From Pyrinomonadaceae bacterium (GTDB taxonomy: Bacteria > Acidobacteriota > Blastocatellia > Pyrinomonadales > Pyrinomonadaceae), in NCBI GenBank assembly GCA_035553235.1, contig DATNDM010000210.1, positions 1 to 30,312 of the forward strand: DNA of 30,312 nt, written 5' to 3'. The notes beneath the pieces are model-generated. The model made no database searches, was not told where the DNA came from, and saw nothing but the letters and a program-made list of their open reading frames with translations. Positions 11,925 to 21,031 of the stretch are shown here, piece after piece (positions within the stretch are counted from its first letter, which is position 1; each line of letters opens with the position of its first letter). The translations under genes and the position numbers were made by a program.

Positions 11925-12056
11925 GTGACCTGATTTGAACTGCTTCGCTGTGCAACCTCTGTGTTCTCTGTGTCTCTGTGGTGGTTTTTTTGAACGATTC
12001 TTAACCACAGAGGCACAGAGAACACAGAGGTTGCACAGAGAAATCTCTCTCAAACC
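11925..12056. repeat. Family-1 hairpin repeat, copy 2 (flank subtype shared with copy 5)
   Basis: Arms 11948-11982 and 12004-12038 with 1 mismatch. Flanks GTGACCTGATTTGAACTGCTTC and AAATCTCTCTCAAACC match copy 5 in reverse complement. Confidence 0.9.
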
Positions 12057-12111
12057 ATGGCACCACCCCTAGTCCCCAGCTTTTAAATCGTAGTTCCCGG
12101 GCCTTCCCGTG

Positions 12112-12131
12112 AGCAGAGGATCGCCTCTGCT
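12112..12131 (+). promoter_or_regulatory. Small stem-loop just upstream of the PEARL-like gene (possible translational or terminator element)
   Basis: AGCAGAGG-ATCG-CCTCTGCT: perfect 8-bp stem ending 13 nt before ATG 12145. Function not demonstrated. Confidence 0.3.
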
Positions 12132-12144
12132 TGAAGTGATACCC

Positions 12145-14817
12145 ATGTACAATCAGGCTTTCTTCAGAGCGAGTTGGGCCAACGCTGATAACGCCCCTGG
12201 CCACACCGCCACAATTTCCGGTTCAGCAGTTTCTAAACAAGAGCGCGCAGCGCTGCCGTCGCACCTGGTACGTCTGGATGCGGACTGGGCCGTGTGGAGA
12301 TGTGTGGGATTGCGCGGCGCCGGTTTTCCGGCGAACTCAGTGTTGTCGCTGACTGCACCGGAATGTGCGTTAGCGGCTGACAACCTGCTGGCGGGCGAAA
12401 AAGATGTGCAGCTCGAGCGCGAAGCCGCCCTCGAAGTATTTCGTGAATCGCTGGACGACCTCCGCAACGAGGGTCGTTGGGATGACAAGAAGCGCCGCAA
12501 CAGCTTGCTCGATGACGTGCGGCTCCTCAAGTCGGACAAGTTGCCGAAGGCGAAAGAGTCGACGCCGCGGCAACAAGCTGTGATTGAGAGGTTGCGTGCC
12601 GCGCTGGCAAGAGTGGAAGAACTCAAGACTGAATTTCATGACGCCTTCAAAACAGCTGCAGCCCAAAGCTCCGAAACGTTGCGTGAAGTGGCGAATGAAA
12701 AGCTCTTCCGCGAAGCCATCACATGGCAGAACCGAGCGGCGTTGCACGGAGGTGTAGAAAGGTTAGACGCGTCACCGAGTACTGCAGGTGAAGGCAAGCG
12801 CCGCAAGCATGAATCCATCGTTGCCAGCTACCTGCAACGATACTGCGTCAAGAACGATACGATTGGTTTCTTCGGCCCGGTTGGTTGGGCCAGATTCAAT
12901 GAAGACAATCCGGGTATACACGTAACCACATCATCGCACATGGTAGCCGCCCGTCATGTTTATTTTGAAGGGTGGGCCATGGATGCTCTGACCAATACGC
13001 TCAATAAGAATGCGTCGCTGCGCCGGTGGTGTGCGCCACGTCGTTTGCCGTTCATTTTTCTTGACGGCGATACCCTACACGTACCGATGCGCCGGCCATT
13101 GCGTTTAGCTGCGAAGCATGCGGCGGTGCTGCGACAGTGCAATGGAGATCTCACTGCGCACCAGATCGCGCAATCGTTGTTGTCTGGACGTGTCGAAGGC
13201 CTGAGCAACGAGCGAGAGGTCTACGCGATCCTGGACGGACTCTTAACGCAGAGACTGATCGTTTGGCAGTGGGAGTTGCCCCTGGAGGCTTTTTCTGAAC
13301 GGCGCTTGCGGCAGTTGCTCGAGCGAATCGAAGACAAACCTTTGCGCGAAACCACGCTGTCGTCGCTGAAACAATTAGAACACGCTCGAGACGACGTGGC
13401 CGCGGCCGCCGGAGATCCCGCGAAACTCGATGCTGCCTTGAATGTGCTGGAAGAAACGTTCACGACTCTGACTGGCGCCGCCCCGACACAGGCTGCCGGG
13501 CGAACTTACGGAGCGAGAACGATTGTTTACGAAGATTGCCGCCGCAGTACGCAGGTTGAGGTGGGCAGCGAAATCATTAACGAATTGCGCCAGCCATTGA
13601 GCCTGCTGTTGCAGAGTGCGCGCTGGTTCACGTTTGAAGCGGCAAAGGTCATGCGTGACGAGTTGCGCGGAATCTACCGTGAGCTGGTGAAGAAAAACGG
13701 CGGTAGTCGCGGCGTCGATGGTCTGTCTTTTTGGTTACAGGCGCAGGTGCAGATGTTTGGTCATAGCGTAAACGGGCAGAATAATTTTGAGGCGCCTATC
13801 CTGAACGAACTGCAAGGCATCTTTCAGCAACGTTGGCAAGATGTGCTCGGAATGTACGAGGGTCAGCAGCAGGTGAAGTGGCGCAGTAGTGAGCTACGTG
13901 AACGAGCGGAGAAGGCATTCGCAGCGCCGCACGCCGGCTGGAGCTTGGGCAGGTATCACAGTCCGGACATTATGATTGCCACCAGGGACGCTGAGAGTCT
14001 CAAACGCGGTGATTACGAGTTTGTAATGGGCGAGCTTCACCTCGCAAACAATACACTCGGAGCCTCACTCTTCGTCGAGCAGCATGAATCCCCGCAAGAG
14101 CTCATCGGCTTCTTCGAAAGTGATATGCCGGGCGTACGAGCTGTACCGATGACGCCGAAAGAGTGGCTGACGGCGCGCATCAATTATCGATTCATCTCGT
14201 CGCGGGATTATCGCATCGAGCTTACCGTCAACTCGTTTCATGGCCAGCGAGAACGCGCTCTTCCGATTGCCGCACTCGTCGTCGAAGAGAGCGAGGATGG
14301 TCTCGTGGCGCGCACCCGCGATGGCAGTTTGTGTTTCGACATGATCGAGCTCTTCGGCGGGATGTTCTCAGGATTTGTTGTTAACCAGTTTAAGCTGGTG
14401 CGAGACTTACCACACACACCGCGTATCACCATCGATCGTCTTATCGTCTCGCGAGAAACCTGGCGTTTTCCGCCCGCTGACATAACCTTTGCCACGATCA
14501 AAGACGATGCAGATCGATACGTCGCGGCACGTCGCTGGGTCCAGCAAAACTCGCTGCCCCGTTTCGTCTTCGTCAAAGCGCCGGTTGAGCCCAAACCGGT
14601 CTACGTGGACTTTGACAGTCCCATCTTCGTCCACCTGCTGGCGAAGATAGTCCGGCGCCAGGCTCAGGAAGGGAAAGAAGCAGCGACGATTGCATTCTCG
14701 GAGATGATGCCGACATTCGAACAACTTTGGTTGCCGGATGCTGAAGACAACCGTTACACGAGCGAATTCAGGATAGTTGCTCTGGATCTCGCGGAGACCA
14801 CAGAGGCGGGCAAATAG
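12145..14817 (+). CDS. Stand-alone lantibiotic dehydratase N-terminal-domain protein (PEARL / short LanB-like, aminoacyl-tRNA-dependent ligase family)
   Basis: Motifs WRCVGLRGAGFP, YLQRYCVKNDTIGFFGP (12829-12879), YHSPD, GELH and C-terminal LPRFVFVK..EPKPVYVDFDSP..SEMMP..RYTSEFR. The protein ends there, without an elimination domain. Start uncertain (GTG 12109 or ATG 12145). Confidence 0.88.
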   Translation: MYNQAFFRASWANADNAPGHTATISGSAVSKQERAALPSHLVRLDADWAVWRCVGLRGAGFPANSVLSLTAPECALAADNLLAGEKDVQLEREAALEVFRESLDDLRNEGRWDDKKRRNSLLDDVRLLKSDKLPKAKESTPRQQAVIERLRAALARVEELKTEFHDAFKTAAAQSSETLREVANEKLFREAITWQNRAALHGGVERLDASPSTAGEGKRRKHESIVASYLQRYCVKNDTIGFFGPVGWARFNEDNPGIHVTTSSHMVAARHVYFEGWAMDALTNTLNKNASLRRWCAPRRLPFIFLDGDTLHVPMRRPLRLAAKHAAVLRQCNGDLTAHQIAQSLLSGRVEGLSNEREVYAILDGLLTQRLIVWQWELPLEAFSERRLRQLLERIEDKPLRETTLSSLKQLEHARDDVAAAAGDPAKLDAALNVLEETFTTLTGAAPTQAAGRTYGARTIVYEDCRRSTQVEVGSEIINELRQPLSLLLQSARWFTFEAAKVMRDELRGIYRELVKKNGGSRGVDGLSFWLQAQVQMFGHSVNGQNNFEAPILNELQGIFQQRWQDVLGMYEGQQQVKWRSSELRERAEKAFAAPHAGWSLGRYHSPDIMIATRDAESLKRGDYEFVMGELHLANNTLGASLFVEQHESPQELIGFFESDMPGVRAVPMTPKEWLTARINYRFISSRDYRIELTVNSFHGQRERALPIAALVVEESEDGLVARTRDGSLCFDMIELFGGMFSGFVVNQFKLVRDLPHTPRITIDRLIVSRETWRFPPADITFATIKDDADRYVAARRWVQQNSLPRFVFVKAPVEPKPVYVDFDSPIFVHLLAKIVRRQAQEGKEAATIAFSEMMPTFEQLWLPDAEDNRYTSEFRIVALDLAETTEAGK

Positions 14818-14859
14818 ATAAGCCGTTCGTCCAGAGCGTAGTAAGGAGGGAGAGTTGCA

Positions 14860-15912
14860 ATGATCGACGCGACGTTTGCCGAAACTGTTTTGAAGAAACC
14901 GGGCGCCATCAAGCGAAAGGCGGTAGGTCTCTCGCCCACGAGCCTCGTCAAAACAAGCCGGCTACCTGGAAACAACTTGCTGCCGCTGGTCGTCGAGCCG
15001 GCTTTCAGAGACGTCAACCTCGTCGAGTGGGCGACCAACAATCGCGAGTTCGTAAAAAAGAATATTCACGAATCTGGTGGGATACTCTTCCGCAATTTCA
15101 ACGTCTCGAATGCAGATGATTTTGAAGATTTCGCCAAAGCTGCGTCGGGCAGCGAACTCCTCGAGTACCGCGAACGTTCTTCGCCACGCAGTCAGATCAG
15201 CGGCAACGTTTATACGTCAACAGACTATCCCGCGGACCACAACATCTTTCTGCATAACGAAAACTCGTACCAGCACACCTGGCCTCTCAGAATCTTTTTC
15301 TACTGCGCGCAGGCAGCCCTAACCGGAGGTGAGACCCCGATCGCCGACACACGCCGGATTAGAGTTCGCATCCCACAAGAAATCCAACAGCGCTTCATAG
15401 AGAAAAAATGGATGTACGTGCGCAACTTCAGCGAAAGGTTCGGACTTCCGTGGCAGACGGTCTTTCAAACGACGGACAAGAGCGTGGTGGAGGAATACTG
15501 TCGCCGGAACGGCATCATGGTCGAGTGGCGCGAAGATGATCGTCTGACGACTCGCGCGATCCGTCCGGTCATTACGAGGCATCCGGAAACGGGTGAAGAT
15601 GTTTGGTTCAATCACGCGACGTTTTTTCATGTCACTACGCTCGAACCCACTGTTCGCGACGTATTTCTAACCGCCTTCAAGGAAGAAGATCTGCCAACGA
15701 ATACGTATTACGGAGACGGGACGCCAATCGAATCAGCGGTGCTTGATGAGCTACGGGATATTTATCGTGCGGAGACGGTCAGCTTCCCATGGCAAGAGGG
15801 AGACGTCCTGATGTTGGACAACATGCTGGCCGCTCACGGCCGCTCGTCATACTCAGGTCCACGCAAGATATTCGTCGCCATGACTGACCCAATCAGCCGC
15901 GACGACGCATAG
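14860..15912 (+). CDS. TauD/TfdA-family Fe(II)/2-oxoglutarate dioxygenase, SyrP-like (probable PCP-bound Asp/Asn beta-hydroxylase)
   Basis: VYTSTDYP..IFLHNENSY (HxE iron motif), GGETPIAD, WFNHA, DNMLAAHGR (distal His/Arg). SD-like AAGGAGG upstream. Confidence 0.88.
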   Translation: MIDATFAETVLKKPGAIKRKAVGLSPTSLVKTSRLPGNNLLPLVVEPAFRDVNLVEWATNNREFVKKNIHESGGILFRNFNVSNADDFEDFAKAASGSELLEYRERSSPRSQISGNVYTSTDYPADHNIFLHNENSYQHTWPLRIFFYCAQAALTGGETPIADTRRIRVRIPQEIQQRFIEKKWMYVRNFSERFGLPWQTVFQTTDKSVVEEYCRRNGIMVEWREDDRLTTRAIRPVITRHPETGEDVWFNHATFFHVTTLEPTVRDVFLTAFKEEDLPTNTYYGDGTPIESAVLDELRDIYRAETVSFPWQEGDVLMLDNMLAAHGRSSYSGPRKIFVAMTDPISRDDA

Positions 15913-15938
15913 ACCACACTCTGATCCCTCGCGCCGCA

Positions 15939-16102
15939 GCTTTGACTCAAAAAGTTCTTACACAATGGATTTCTCTGTGCAACCTCTGTGTTCTCTGTGT
16001 CTTTGTGGTGGATCAATTCCGAGCAAAACACACACCACAGAGACACAGAGAACACAGAGGTTGCACAGAGAAGAGGGCGTTCGTGACTTTTTGTGCAAAG
16101 CC
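15939..16102. repeat. Family-1 hairpin repeat, copy 3
   Basis: Arms 15971-16009 and 16034-16072 (1 mismatch), loop GGATCAATTCCGAGCAAAACACAC, outer ends GCTTTGACTCAAAAAGT / ACTTTTTGTGCAAAGCC. Confidence 0.92.
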
Positions 16103-16148
16103 TCGCGCAGCCAGATAACTAATTAGACCAACTGAACGCGGCAATACC

Positions 16149-19100
16149 ATGAGTGATTTTGAAATTGCTGATCATCCTGAAGCGATCGCCATCATCGGCA
16201 TGGCTGGTCGGTTCCCGCAGGCGAAAAACGTCTCCCAGTTCTGGAAGAAGCTGTGCGATGGAGTCGAGCTCGTTACTTTCTTCACAGACGAAGAACTGCG
16301 CGCGGGCGGCGCAACTGAGGAGATGTTGAAAGATCCGGCGTTCGTCAAAGCAGGCGCAGTGATGCAGGACGTTGATCTATTTGACGCTGCCTTCTTCGGT
16401 TACAGCCCGCGCGAAGCGGAGATTCTCGATCCGCAGCATCGCAATTTTCTGGAATGCGCCTGGGAGGCGCTCGAGAATGCCGGCTACGATCCGGACAGAT
16501 CCACGGCCTTAACCGGCGTCTTCGCCGGCAGCAGTTTCAACGGCTATCTGTTGCGCAACATATGTTCCAACCCCGCCATCGTCGATGCGATGGGAACATT
16601 CCTGATCGGCATCAACAGCGATAAGGATTTTCTGGCGACGCGTGTCTCTTACGAGTTGAACCTCACTGGGCCAAGCATGACGATACAAACTGCGTGCTCG
16701 ACCTCTCTCGTGACGGTCCATGTTGCCTGCCAGAGTTTGCTCAACGGCGAGTGTGACATGGCGCTGGCGGGCGGCGTTTCGATCAGCCTTCAGGACAAGA
16801 TGGGTTACTACTATCGTCCGGGTGGCATATCGTCACCCGACGGTCATTGCCGTGCTTTCGATGCGAAAGGGCAAGGCATAGTCGGTGGCAATGGGTTGGG
16901 AGTAGTGGTCTTGAAGCGCTTGAGCGATGCCGTCGAGGCTGGCGATAACATTATCGCTGTCATCAAAGGCTCGACTGTAAACAACGATGGCTCGAGCAAA
17001 ATCGGATTCACGGCCCCGAGTATCGATGGTCAGTCGAAAGCGATCGCCGAGGCGTTGGCGGTGGCCGGGGTGGATGCTGAATCGATCACTTACATCGAAG
17101 CGCACGGAACAGCAACAGCGCTCGGCGATCCGGTTGAAGTTGCAGCTCTGACACAAACCTTTCGGGCGACGACACAGAAGAAAGGGTTCTGTGCTATTGG
17201 TTCGGTGAAGACTAATTTGGGTCATCTGGATGCCGCGGCCGGCGTCACCGGCGTCATCAAGACAGCGCTTTCACTGCAAAACAAAGTAATCCCGCCGAGC
17301 CTGCACTTTGAAGAGCCCAATCCACGTATCGACTTCGCCAGCAGTCCTTTCTATGTCAACGCCACGCTCAAGGCTTGGGAGGGTGGCCCAACTCCGCGTC
17401 GAGCAGGAGTGAGTTCGTTCGGCATCGGTGGCACAAACGTCCACGCCATCCTCGAGGAAGCTCCCGACATCGGGTTGTCCGGTGAAAGCCGATCGTCGCA
17501 ACTGCTGTTGCTTTCGGCAAAGACACCCACTGCGCTCGAAGCGATGACGGCGAACCTGGTCCAACATTTCAAACAAAGCCCAGATATCAATCTGGCCGAT
17601 GCCGCTTTCACGCTGCAGGTCGGGCGGAAGGTCTTTGGCCATCGCCGGGCAGTGGTTTGCCGTGACGTAGAGGATGCGATCAAGACGCTCGAAGTCGTGG
17701 ATCCGCGCAGGGTTTTGACCAGTTTTCAAGAAGAGGGAAGTCGCTCGATAGGTTTCATGTTTTCCGGGCAAGGTACGCAGTACCCGAACATGAGTCTGGG
17801 CCTGTATGAGCGCGAACCGGCATTTCGCAACTGGATAGACACTTGCTCAGAAATGCTGCGGCCACATCTCGGAATCGACTTGCGCACTGTGTTGTATTCG
17901 GACCAGGAAGAGGTCGCCGCGGCTGAAGCACTCAAGCAGACATCGCTGGCGCAACCTGCGTTGTTCGTCGTCGAGTATGCACTGGCGCGGTTGTTGATGG
18001 ATTGGGGGGTACAGCCTCAGGCGCTGATCGGCCATAGCATTGGTGAATACGTGGCTGCATGCCTCTCCAGAGTGTTTTCGCTCGCCGATGCTCTCACGCT
18101 GGTGGCGGAAAGAGGACGGTTGATGCAACAGATGCCCGCGGGCGCGATGCTCAGCATTCGGCTCGCCGAAGAGGATGTTGTTCCGTTCCTCAGTGCGGAG
18201 TTGAATCTCGCCGTTGTTAATGCTCCGGAGCAATGTGTCGTCGCCGGTCCCACCAGCGCGATTGATGCTTTACAGAACCGGTTGGCGGAACGGAAAGTTG
18301 ATTGCAGCCGCCTTCATACTTCGCATGCGTTTCATTCGGAGATGATGAAACCGGCGCTGGCGCCATTCATCGAAATGGTAAAGAAAGTGAAACGCAATCC
18401 ACCTCAAATCCCGTTCGTGTCAAACGTGAGCGGAACGTGGATTACCGAAGCTGAAGCGATTGATCCCGAATATTGGGCCAGGCACTTGCGACAAACGGTG
18501 CGCTTTGCGCAAGGCGCACGTGAGTTGTTGCAGGACCCAAAGCGGATCTTAGTGGAAATCGGACCGGGCCAAACGCTGACGACATTGACTAAACAACAAT
18601 TGAAAGGCCGGACCGATCAGCAGCTGGTAGTACCGACCTTACCGCCGCCAAATAACAACAAATCAGACGAAGAGGCCTTGTTGACCACTGTCGGTCGTCT
18701 TTGGTTGGGTGGTGTGCAGTTGGATTGGTCTGCGTTCTATGCAAACGAGCGTCGCCATCGCATACCGCTTCCTTCGTATCCCTTCGAACGGCAGCGGTAT
18801 TGGATCGAGCCAGGAAAAATCAGTTCAAACGGTGGGCGCCGCGTTGCGTCCGGCAAGTTATCGGATATTACACAGTGGTTCTATTCGCGCTTGTGGAAAC
18901 AAACGAACTTGCTCGAGTCTTCTGCGCCGGCTACGGCCGAAGAGCGGAACGATTGGCGGCTCGTGTTTGCCGCTGACAACGATTTCAGTCGCGCGCTGGT
19001 CCAGCGATTAAAGCAGGAGTGGCGCAACCTGGTTTGTGTGATGCCGGGGGACAACTTTGAGCGACTCGACGATCATACGTACAGAATCGATCCGCAAAAA

Positions 19101-20798
19101 CGTGCACACTACGAGGCGTTACTCAAAGCTTTGAAGGAGCAGAACAGCACTCCCACACAGATTATTCACCTTTGGAACGCGGCCTCGCCGGGTGTAACAG
19201 CAGAGTTGCTGCGGGATAATTTCGAGTCGACGCAGATACCCGGTCTCTACAGCCTCTTGTTTCTGGTCCAATCGCTTTCCAGGCTGAATCTCAACGATGC
19301 TCTGCGGCTCACCGTAATTTCAAGCGGGGTGGAAGAAATCACCGGAACGGAGTCTTTCTCTCCTGAAAAGACAACCATCAAAGCCGCCTGCAAAGTGATT
19401 CCGCAGGAGTATCCGCATATCACCTGCCGTAGCATCGATATCGATCTGCCTTCGCGCGACAGTATCGAGGGCAGGGAGCTACTGGACCAAGTGGTCGCGG
19501 AATGCATTGGGAAGTCACGTGATTTGGTAGTGGGTTATCGCGGCCGAAGACGTTGGGTCGAGACATTCGAGCCTTTGCAATTACATCAGGGCGCCGGTCG
19601 TTCGAGACTGCGCGAAGGCGGCGTCTATCTCATCACCGGAGGCTTCGGAGAACGAGGCTTAGTCGTCGCGACGCACCTCGCGAAGATTGCCCACGTGAAA
19701 CTGATTTTGACGGGTCGTTCACCTCTTCCGGAAAGAGCGGAATGGGACCAATGGCTTGCGTCGCACGATGCGCACGATGAAGTCAGTCGCAAGCTGCGAC
19801 GGCTGCGGGAAATGGAAGAACTCGGAGCAGAGATTCTCGTCGTTAGTGCGGATGTGGCCGATCGAGAACAGATGGAGCCGGTCATCCACCAAATCTATGA
19901 GCGTTTTGGACAGCTCAACGGAGTGATCCACGCAGCCGAGCAAAGGGATGGATTCATGCAGGCGATCCAGGAAACAGGGCTGGCACACTGTCGCAATCAG
20001 TTCCGCCCAAAGGTCCAGGGGCTGCTCGTTCTGGAAGAATTACTACGCGACAAGGAAATCGATTTTTGTCTTGTCATGTCGTCGCTGTCTACGGTGCTCG
20101 GCGGGCTGGGTTTCTTTGCTGCCGCGGCAGCGAGCACTTTTATGGACGCGTTCGCCAGCAAGGAAAATCGAAACGGATCGACACCCTGGTTCAGTATTGA
20201 CTGGGACGGTTGGTCGCTACGCGATGAGCTTGCAGGTGTCGAGTCGAATCCCGACGATACCGGCATCACCGCGGCTGAAGTCGTCGAGGTTCTGGACCGC
20301 GTGCTGTCGCACCGTTTGCCCACACCCGTCGTGATCTCGAGCAGTGATTTGCAAGCCCGGATTTCGCAGTGGGTGAAACTGGAGTTAATCCGCGACCAGG
20401 GACAGTCGGAAAAAGAGAACAAGTCCACTGGTTATCCGCGACCGAACTTGTCGAATGCCTACGTGGCTCCAACCAACGACATCGAGACGTCCATCGCTGA
20501 AATCTGGCAGGAACTGTTGGGAATCGAACAAGTGGGCATCCATGACAACTTATTCGATCTCGGCGGAGACTCGCTGCTGGTCATACAAATCGTTTCGCGC
20601 ATACGCGAGGTCTTACACATTGAAGTTCCGCTCCGCGCAATCTTTGAAACACCAACGATCGCCGAGTTGGCTGACAAGGTGGGCCAAACTGCGCTGGCGC
20701 TGCATGGTGACACTGAGGAGCTCGCCAACACGTTGGACCTCGTCGAACAGTTGTCGGATGAAGAGTTGATGGCCCTGCTTGCCGAACAAGAAGCATGA
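16149..20798 (+). CDS. Type I cis-AT PKS module KS-AT(malonyl)-KR(degenerate)-ACP
   Basis: KS IAIIGMAGRFP, QTACSTS, EAHGT, GHLDAAAG. AT GHSIG and HAFHS (malonyl type). No DH motif seen. KR region YLITGGFGERG..HAA..GFFAAAAAS lacks the catalytic Tyr/Asn. ACP DNLFDLGGDSL. Confidence 0.95.
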   Translation: MSDFEIADHPEAIAIIGMAGRFPQAKNVSQFWKKLCDGVELVTFFTDEELRAGGATEEMLKDPAFVKAGAVMQDVDLFDAAFFGYSPREAEILDPQHRNFLECAWEALENAGYDPDRSTALTGVFAGSSFNGYLLRNICSNPAIVDAMGTFLIGINSDKDFLATRVSYELNLTGPSMTIQTACSTSLVTVHVACQSLLNGECDMALAGGVSISLQDKMGYYYRPGGISSPDGHCRAFDAKGQGIVGGNGLGVVVLKRLSDAVEAGDNIIAVIKGSTVNNDGSSKIGFTAPSIDGQSKAIAEALAVAGVDAESITYIEAHGTATALGDPVEVAALTQTFRATTQKKGFCAIGSVKTNLGHLDAAAGVTGVIKTALSLQNKVIPPSLHFEEPNPRIDFASSPFYVNATLKAWEGGPTPRRAGVSSFGIGGTNVHAILEEAPDIGLSGESRSSQLLLLSAKTPTALEAMTANLVQHFKQSPDINLADAAFTLQVGRKVFGHRRAVVCRDVEDAIKTLEVVDPRRVLTSFQEEGSRSIGFMFSGQGTQYPNMSLGLYEREPAFRNWIDTCSEMLRPHLGIDLRTVLYSDQEEVAAAEALKQTSLAQPALFVVEYALARLLMDWGVQPQALIGHSIGEYVAACLSRVFSLADALTLVAERGRLMQQMPAGAMLSIRLAEEDVVPFLSAELNLAVVNAPEQCVVAGPTSAIDALQNRLAERKVDCSRLHTSHAFHSEMMKPALAPFIEMVKKVKRNPPQIPFVSNVSGTWITEAEAIDPEYWARHLRQTVRFAQGARELLQDPKRILVEIGPGQTLTTLTKQQLKGRTDQQLVVPTLPPPNNNKSDEEALLTTVGRLWLGGVQLDWSAFYANERRHRIPLPSYPFERQRYWIEPGKISSNGGRRVASGKLSDITQWFYSRLWKQTNLLESSAPATAEERNDWRLVFAADNDFSRALVQRLKQEWRNLVCVMPGDNFERLDDHTYRIDPQKRAHYEALLKALKEQNSTPTQIIHLWNAASPGVTAELLRDNFESTQIPGLYSLLFLVQSLSRLNLNDALRLTVISSGVEEITGTESFSPEKTTIKAACKVIPQEYPHITCRSIDIDLPSRDSIEGRELLDQVVAECIGKSRDLVVGYRGRRRWVETFEPLQLHQGAGRSRLREGGVYLITGGFGERGLVVATHLAKIAHVKLILTGRSPLPERAEWDQWLASHDAHDEVSRKLRRLREMEELGAEILVVSADVADREQMEPVIHQIYERFGQLNGVIHAAEQRDGFMQAIQETGLAHCRNQFRPKVQGLLVLEELLRDKEIDFCLVMSSLSTVLGGLGFFAAAAASTFMDAFASKENRNGSTPWFSIDWDGWSLRDELAGVESNPDDTGITAAEVVEVLDRVLSHRLPTPVVISSSDLQARISQWVKLELIRDQGQSEKENKSTGYPRPNLSNAYVAPTNDIETSIAEIWQELLGIEQVGIHDNLFDLGGDSLLVIQIVSRIREVLHIEVPLRAIFETPTIAELADKVGQTALALHGDTEELANTLDLVEQLSDEELMALLAEQEA

Positions 20799-20828
20799 GA
20801 TAAGTTCAACCGCATTACCCGAAACCTA

Positions 20829-20987
20829 AACTTCGCGCAACCTGCACGAACGCCTCTTCTCTGTGCAACCTCTGTGTTCTCTGTGTCTTTGTGGTGGATC
20901 AATTCCGAGCAAAACACACCACAGAAACACAGAGAACACAGAGGTTGCACAGAGAAATCCATTGTGTAGGAACTCTTGTGCAAAGTT
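20829..20987. repeat. Family-1 hairpin repeat, copy 4
   Basis: Arms 20857-20895 and 20918-20956 (2 mismatches), loop GGATCAATTCCGAGCAAAACAC, degenerate outer IR AACTTCGCGCAA / TTGTGCAAAGTT. Confidence 0.9.
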
Positions 20988-21031
20988 GCTCGGCAGGGGT
21001 CTTATTCCCGTATTCATTGGAAAGAGATTTC

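Noticed and set aside
12145-14817. Class I lanthipeptide or thiopeptide cluster
   Set aside because: No elimination domain, LanC, YcaO or Ser/Thr/Cys-rich precursor ORF is visible in the window. The context is NRPS-PKS.
20891-21031. Longer N-termini in the ORF track (20891, also 2456 and 28892)
   Set aside because: These extensions run through a repeat or the upstream gene and lack SD support. The downstream ATGs at 21032, 2501 and 28940 fit docking/domain starts or SD sites better.
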